12,109 nt of DNA. It comes from Anaerolineae bacterium (GTDB lineage: Bacteria > Chloroflexota > Anaerolineae > S140-20). Shown one piece after another: positions 7,708 to 12,109 of the stretch. The position numbers and the translations under genes were made by a program. The stretch is from NCBI GenBank assembly GCA_027021705.1, contig JALUTT010000057.1:1-12109 (forward strand), given 5' to 3'. Within the stretch, counting starts at the first letter, position 1, and each line of letters starts with the position of its first letter. The notes beneath the pieces are model-generated. The model saw only the letters and a program-made list of their open reading frames with translations. It searched no databases and was not told the DNA's origin.

Positions 7708-8595
7708 ATGGGCGTAGCCTGGCAACACTACCACCTGCCGACGACGGTGGACGAGGCGATCGCCCTGCTGGCCCGCTACGAGGGCGCAGCCCGCCCGGTG
7801 GCCGGAGGCACCGACCTGATCGTCGGGATGGAGCGTGGGGAAGTCCCGCCCCTCCCTGCCCTGGTGGACCTCTCCCGCATCGAGGAGATGCGTCAGATCG
7901 CGCTGGGGCCGGACGGCCACGTCTACCTGGGCGCTGCCGTTACCCACAGCACCATTGAGCGCCATCCTCTCATCCTGGCCCACGCCCGCTGCCTGAGCGA
8001 AGCCTGCGGCCTTATCGGCGGCCCCCAGGTGCGCAACGTCGCCACCCTGGGGGGCAACGTGGCCCACGCCCTCCCCGCCGCCGACGGGACCACTGCCCTG
8101 ATGGTCCTGGAAGCCGAGGCGGAGATTGCGGGGCCGGAAGGCCGACGCTGGCAACCCCTCCCTACCCTCTTCGCCGGCCCTGGTCGCTCCACCCTGGACC
8201 TGGGCCGGGAGATCATCGTCCGCTTCCGCTTCCCCACCGCCGGCCCCGGTGTCGGCAACGCCTTCACCCGCCTGATGCGTCCCCAAGGCGTCGCCCTCCC
8301 CATCCTCAACTGTGCCGTCTACGTGCGGCTGGAGGGGGGGCGTTTCGCCGACGTCCGCCTTTGCCTGGGGCCGGTAGCCCCCACCCCCCGCCGGGCCACC
8401 GAGGCCGAAGAGGCGCTGCGAGGAGAGCCGGTAAACGAGGAGAGCGTCGCCCGGGCCGTCGCCGTCGCTCAGCAGACGTTGCGCCCCCGCACCAGCCCCC
8501 ACCGGGCAACAGCCGCCTACCGCCGGGAAATGATCGCCGTCCTCCTGCGGCGGGGCCTCCGGCAAGCCATCTCCCGGGCTAAAACGCCCGGGTGA
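7708..8595 (+). CDS. Xanthine dehydrogenase/CoxM-CutM family FAD-binding (medium) subunit, 295 aa
   Basis: ATG at 7708, just after the permease stop (the ORF-track start at 7606 overlaps the permease). Motifs 'YHLPTTVDEA', 'AGGTDL', 'IGGPQVRNVATLGGN...ALPAAD', 'GPVAPTP.RA..AE..L.G', 'RATAAYR'. Confidence 0.9.
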   Translation: MGVAWQHYHLPTTVDEAIALLARYEGAARPVAGGTDLIVGMERGEVPPLPALVDLSRIEEMRQIALGPDGHVYLGAAVTHSTIERHPLILAHARCLSEACGLIGGPQVRNVATLGGNVAHALPAADGTTALMVLEAEAEIAGPEGRRWQPLPTLFAGPGRSTLDLGREIIVRFRFPTAGPGVGNAFTRLMRPQGVALPILNCAVYVRLEGGRFADVRLCLGPVAPTPRRATEAEEALRGEPVNEESVARAVAVAQQTLRPRTSPHRATAAYRREMIAVLLRRGLRQAISRAKTPG

Positions 8596-8769
8596 GATTT
8601 CCGAACCCTCCGCGAGGCGATTTTGGTCGAGTATGACCAAAATGGGTTGGAGGCGGTAGAAGCGCAACGCCTTTGCATCTTTCCCCCAGCAGCTTCCGGT
8701 CACGCTCGGTTCAAAAGCCCTCAGAATCACTGACGCACTGAGGGAAGTGAAGACACTGAGCCGTCGTCC

Positions 8770-8965
8770 CCCATCCGTTCAATCCGTTCCCAATCCGTTG
8801 ACAGCTATCCGTTCCAGGGCGGCATAGCGGCATAGCGACTGGCGGCCTAGCAGCCTAGCAGCCTAGCAGCGGACTGTGGACCGAGGACTGAGGACTGTGC
8901 CTCCCATCCGTTCAATCCGTTCCCAATCCGTTGACAGCTATCCGTTCCCCAATCCGTTGACAGCT
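8770..8965. repeat. 46-nt perfect direct repeat (8770-8815 and 8903-8948) built from ATCCGTT units, plus a third partial copy to 8965
   Basis: cccatccgttcaatccgttcccaatccgttgacagctatccgttcc occurs twice, 133 nt apart; 'ccaatccgttgacagct' recurs at 8949-8965. Confidence 0.92.
8819..8898. repeat. Degenerate 8-mer tandem array (GC[G/A]GC[A/C]TA) followed by a 7-mer array (GGACTGN)
   Basis: gcggcata gcggcata gcgactg gcggccta gcagccta gcagccta gcagc | ggactgt ggaccga ggactga ggactgt. Confidence 0.85.
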
Positions 8966-8988
8966 CGTCCGCTCCGGCCACGGCGAGA

Positions 8989-9024
8989 GACACGAAGGAC
9001 ACCAAGAGCTCAAAGAGCACGAAG
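8989..9024. repeat. Degenerate 9-mer tandem array
   Basis: gacacgaag gacaccaag agctcaaag agcacgaag. Confidence 0.65.
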
Positions 9025-9190
9025 CGGTAACTCCTCAGTGAGCTCATTTCTTCCAGTTGCCCAGTGATTCAACAGCTTTTGGTCACGCTCATTTTTGTCT
9101 TTGGATGTCCTCGGCGACGATCAAGCCCTTTCTCGCCAAGAAAGGGCACAGTCTCGAATCAACGACCGTCAACGGCCGACCGCCGCCCCC

Positions 9191-9272
9191 TCGACTCCTT
9201 GACCACCTGACCAAGCGACCATTCGACCGAAGGGCAAAGACCAAGGACTGCGGACTGAGGACTGAGGACTAA
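9191..9272. repeat. Degenerate 8-mer array (NNGACCNN x5) followed by a 7-mer array (x6, converging on GGACTGA)
   Basis: tcgactcc ttgaccac ctgaccaa gcgaccat tcgaccga | agggcaa agaccaa ggactgc ggactga ggactga ggactaa. Confidence 0.8.
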
Positions 9273-9278
9273 CGTCAG

Positions 9279-9307
9279 TTGCAAAGTGATGGGGATCGTG
9301 GTAGAAT
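9279..9307 (+). promoter_or_regulatory. Putative sigma70-type promoter of hisS-nadK-recN
   Basis: TTGCAA (9279-9284), 17-nt spacer, TAGAAT (9302-9307) with extended -10 TG at 9299-9300; the -10 box ends 42 nt upstream of the hisS start. Confidence 0.7.
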
Positions 9308-9349
9308 GCAATCACCAATTCCGCCGACCTCATCTCAGGGAGGCCATCT

Positions 9350-10657
9350 GTGCCCGTTCGATACCAACGCCCAACCGGTACCCTCGACATCCTGCCCGAA
9401 GACCAGCCCTACTGGACCCACGTGCGCACCGTTGCCCGATCCCTGGCGGAACGGATGGGCTTCGAGCGGATTGACCTGCCCATCTTCGAGTTCACGCCCG
9501 TCTTCGCCCGGACGGCGGCCGGAGAGGGCACCGATATGCGCAAAGAGATGTACACCTTCACCGATCGGGACGGCAGCGAACTCACCCTCCGGCCCGAGTT
9601 CACCGCCAGCGTCGTCCGGGCCTACCTGGAAAACGGCCTCCACCAGCGCCCTCAGCCGGTCAAGCTCTACTCCTTCGGCCCCGTCTTCCGCCACGAGCGG
9701 CCTCAGAAAGGGCGCTACCGGCAGCACACCCAGTTCAACGCCGAGATCATCGGCACCCAGGACCCCCTGGCCGACTTGGAGATCATGCTGCTGGCCTGGA
9801 CCCTCTACGACGAACTGGGGTTCCGGGGCCTCAGCTTCCAGTTGAACAGCACCGGCTGTCCCCGCTGTAAGCCGGCCTACGTCGCCCGGCTGGTGGATTA
9901 CCTGGAAGCCCGCTATGACCGGCTGAACGACGTAGACCGGGAACGGCTGGCCCGCAATCCCCTGCGGGTGCTCGACTCCAAGGAGCCGGGGATGGACGAG
10001 GTGCTGGCCGAAGCTCCCCACATCGTGGACGCCCTCTGCGACGAGTGCGCCGACCACTTCGCCACCCTACGAGGGTACCTCGACGCCCTGGGGAAGCCCT
10101 ACACCATCAACTTCCGCCTGGTGCGGGGCCTGGACTACTACACCAAGACCGTCTTCGAGGTCTGGGCCGAGGGGATTGGAGCCCAGGCTGCCGTCTGCGG
10201 GGGGGGACGGTATGACGGCCTGGCCGAGGCCCTGGGTGGCCCACCGACGCCGGGGGTTGGCTTTGCCTCGGGGCTGGAGCGGATCATCCTGACGATGAAG
10301 GTCCAAGGGATCGAACCGCCCCCGCTTCCCCGGCCTGCCGTCTTCATCGCCCATTTGGGGGCGGAGGCCCGGCTGGCGGCCCTACGCCTGGCCACTGCCC
10401 TGCGCGAGAGGGAGATCGGGACCTGGCTGGCCTTCGGTCAGCGCAGCCTCAAATCTCAACTGCGGGAGGCCAATAAGCGCGGCGTTACCTACACGGTCAT
10501 CCTGGGCGAGGACGAAATCGCCACCGGTCGGGCCACCGTGCGCCGAATGGCGGACGGTGAGCAGCAACAGGTGCCTCTGGAGGGACTGCCTCGATGGCTG
10601 AGCACCCGTCTCCACCCATCCGAGAGCCATCTCCAGCCTCTTCCCTCTCCGCTGTAG
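9350..10657 (+). CDS. hisS: Histidine--tRNA ligase
   Basis: SD GGAGG at 9339-9343, GTG start. Motifs 'GTLDILP', 'KEMYTFTD', 'LRPEFTASVVRAY', motif 2 'FRHERPQKGRYRQHTQ', 'LVRGLDYYT', 'GGGRYDGL', 'GFASGLER'; C-terminal anticodon-binding domain. Confidence 0.97.
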   Translation: MPVRYQRPTGTLDILPEDQPYWTHVRTVARSLAERMGFERIDLPIFEFTPVFARTAAGEGTDMRKEMYTFTDRDGSELTLRPEFTASVVRAYLENGLHQRPQPVKLYSFGPVFRHERPQKGRYRQHTQFNAEIIGTQDPLADLEIMLLAWTLYDELGFRGLSFQLNSTGCPRCKPAYVARLVDYLEARYDRLNDVDRERLARNPLRVLDSKEPGMDEVLAEAPHIVDALCDECADHFATLRGYLDALGKPYTINFRLVRGLDYYTKTVFEVWAEGIGAQAAVCGGGRYDGLAEALGGPPTPGVGFASGLERIILTMKVQGIEPPPLPRPAVFIAHLGAEARLAALRLATALREREIGTWLAFGQRSLKSQLREANKRGVTYTVILGEDEIATGRATVRRMADGEQQQVPLEGLPRWLSTRLHPSESHLQPLPSPL

Positions 10658-10668
10658 ACCTCCCAGCG

Positions 10669-11562
10669 GTGGCGGAAGAAGAGGTTCAGGGGAGGAGCCG
10701 GAAGGGCCCCCTGGCCCCCTTCCACCGGGTCGGCGTCCTGCAACACCCCAAGCTCCCGGCCACCCACGTCGTGGCCCAGGAGGTCGCCGATTTCCTCCTG
10801 GCCCAGGACTTGATCCCCTGGCTGGCCTCCACCTGGGATGAGCCGACGGTGCGGGATATGATGCCCGACCTGGACCTGGTGATCGTCCTGGGGGGAGACG
10901 GTTCGACGCTGCGGGCCGCCCGGATGGCTGCTCCCTGCGGCGTCCCCATCGTCGGGCTGAACATGGGGCGGCTGGGCTTCCTCGCGGAGATGTCGCCGGA
11001 GGACTGGCGGGAGAAGCTGCCTCGCGTCCTGGCCGGCGACTACTGGCTGGAAGAGCGGATGATGCTGCGGGCCCAGGCCTGGCGGCAGGATGCCTCCCTG
11101 GGCACCTACGACGCCCTCAACGACGTCGTCGTCAGCCGGGGCTCCCTGGCCCGGGTCGTCCGCATCCACACCCACATTGACGGCGGCCACCTGACGACCT
11201 ACGTGGCCGACGGCCTGATCGTCGCCACCCCCACGGGCAGCACCGCCTACGCCCTGGCGGTCGGCGGCCCCATCCTGCCGCCGGAACTGCGCAACATCCT
11301 GCTTGTCCCCATCGCCCCTCACCTGAGCCTGGACCGGGCCATTGTCCTCTCCGAAGGGGTCCAGGTGGAGATGCGGGTGGGCACCGATCACGAGGCGATC
11401 CTGACGGTGGACGGCCAGTTCGCCTTCGCCCTGGACGATGGGGACCGGGTCGTCGTGCAGGCGAGCCCATACCTGGCCCGCTTCATCCGGGTGCAAGAGC
11501 GCACCTACTTCTACAAGACGCTGATGGAACGGCTGGGTATGGTGGATCGGGGACGCGGGTAG
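10669..11562 (+). CDS. nadK: NAD(+)/NADH kinase
   Basis: Motifs 'LGGDGSTL', 'GLNMGRLGFL', 'ALNDVVV', 'DGLIVATPTGSTAYALAVGGPI'. The start is uncertain: GTG 10669 was chosen because it follows the hisS stop, whereas ATG 10594 overlaps hisS by 64 nt. Confidence 0.93.
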   Translation: MAEEEVQGRSRKGPLAPFHRVGVLQHPKLPATHVVAQEVADFLLAQDLIPWLASTWDEPTVRDMMPDLDLVIVLGGDGSTLRAARMAAPCGVPIVGLNMGRLGFLAEMSPEDWREKLPRVLAGDYWLEERMMLRAQAWRQDASLGTYDALNDVVVSRGSLARVVRIHTHIDGGHLTTYVADGLIVATPTGSTAYALAVGGPILPPELRNILLVPIAPHLSLDRAIVLSEGVQVEMRVGTDHEAILTVDGQFAFALDDGDRVVVQASPYLARFIRVQERTYFYKTLMERLGMVDRGRG

Positions 11563-11573
11563 GAACGGCACCG

Positions 11574-12109
11574 ATGCTGGTCGAGCTGACGATCCGAAAC
11601 TTCGCCATCATTGACCAACTCTCCCTGGAGTTCCATCCCGGCTTCAACGTCCTGACCGGGGAGACCGGGGCCGGCAAGTCCATCATCATTGACGCCGTCG
11701 AACTGCTCCTGGGCGGACGGGCCGACAGCAGCGTCGTGCGGGCCGGAGCCGACCGGGCCCTGGTCGAAGGGCTCTTCCGCCTGGAACCGGAACTCCAGCC
11801 CCTCATCGCCTCTCGGCTGGAGGCCCACGGCTTGGAGGGAGACGCTCCCGACCTGCTCCTGCTGAGCCGGGAGGTGCGCCGGGGCGGGCGGAGCATCAGC
11901 CGCGTCAACGGGCGGGCTGTCTCCCTGGCCCTGCTGCGGGAGGTGAGCGAGGGGCTGGTGGACATCCACGGCCAGAGCGAGCACCTCTCCCTGCTCCGGG
12001 TGCGCCGCCACGTGGGCCTGCTGGACCGGTACGCCGGCCTGGACCCCCTGCGGGAGGAGTTGGCCCAGGCAGTGGGCCGGCTGCGCCGGGTCCGCCGGGA
12101 ACTGGCGGA
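11574..12109 (+). CDS. recN: DNA repair protein RecN, 3'-truncated by the window edge
   Basis: Not in the ORF track because there is no stop. Translation from ATG 11574: MLVELTIRNFAIIDQLSLEFHPGFNVLTGETGAGKSIIIDAVELLLGGRAD...SRVNGR...LVDIHGQSEH.SLL...LLDRYAG. The nadK-recN adjacency is widely conserved. Confidence 0.96.
   Translation, partial: MLVELTIRNFAIIDQLSLEFHPGFNVLTGETGAGKSIIIDAVELLLGGRADSSVVRAGADRALVEGLFRLEPELQPLIASRLEAHGLEGDAPDLLLLSREVRRGGRSISRVNGRAVSLALLREVSEGLVDIHGQSEHLSLLRVRRHVGLLDRYAGLDPLREELAQAVGRLRRVRRELA

Larger units (their letters stand above)
8724..9070. repeat. Imperfect 37-nt inverted repeat pair (8724-8760 / 9034-9070) bracketing the tandem-repeat block
   Basis: gaatcactgacgcactgagggaagtgaagacactgag versus the reverse complement of the right arm, gaatcactgggcaactggaagaaatgagctcactgag: 26/37 identical without gaps by manual count, with both ends exact. 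Confidence 0.7.

Noticed and set aside
8770..8965. CRISPR array
   Set aside because: Only two full copies; the repeat is internally repetitive, the 87-nt spacer is itself tandem repeats, and there are no cas genes in the window.
9125..9147. Hairpin gccctttct-cgcca-agaaagggc as an intrinsic terminator
   Set aside because: The 9-bp stem is real, but there is no U-tract on either strand and it is ~530 nt from the nearest upstream stop, so no function can be assigned.
9090..9349. T-box riboswitch upstream of hisS
   Set aside because: No GGTGGNACC T-box or terminator/antiterminator is visible, and the predicted promoter leaves only a ~35-nt leader.
8847..9474. Small ORFs of 62-73 aa in the intergenic region
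   Set aside because: They are translations of the tandem repeats (e.g. LRTED, SIRS) with no convincing SD or coding signature.
1069..11571. Long minus-strand ORFs (1069..2352, 3214..4842, 5530..6723, 7621..8730, 10489..11571 and others)
   Set aside because: They are antisense shadows of well-supported + strand genes in GC-rich DNA and show no recognisable motifs.

Overview
GC-rich bacterial window; the gene content and style suggest a Chloroflexota/Anaerolineae-like organism, but this is inference only. All genuine genes are on the + strand. In order: the 3' part of an Rpn-family (PD-(D/E)XK nuclease/putative transposase) gene; a 5'-truncated, frameshifted remnant of a nucleoside ABC permease; a BMP/PnrA-type purine-nucleoside ABC operon (lipoprotein, ATPase, two permeases) ending in a xanthine dehydrogenase/CoxM-type FAD subunit; a ~750 bp intergenic patchwork of 7-, 8- and 9-nt tandem repeats, a 46-nt direct repeat and nested inverted repeats; then hisS, nadK and a 3'-truncated recN. 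Two toxin-antitoxin pairs are inserted inside the transporter operon: MNT-HEPN between the lipoprotein and the ATPase, and Phd/YefM-PIN between the ATPase and permease 1. Each toxin's 3' end carries the Shine-Dalgarno (SD) of the next transporter gene. The Phd-PIN pair has a candidate promoter/operator built into the ATPase stop codon. The Rpn gene has an internal SD+ATG that fits an RpnS-type intragenic antitoxin.
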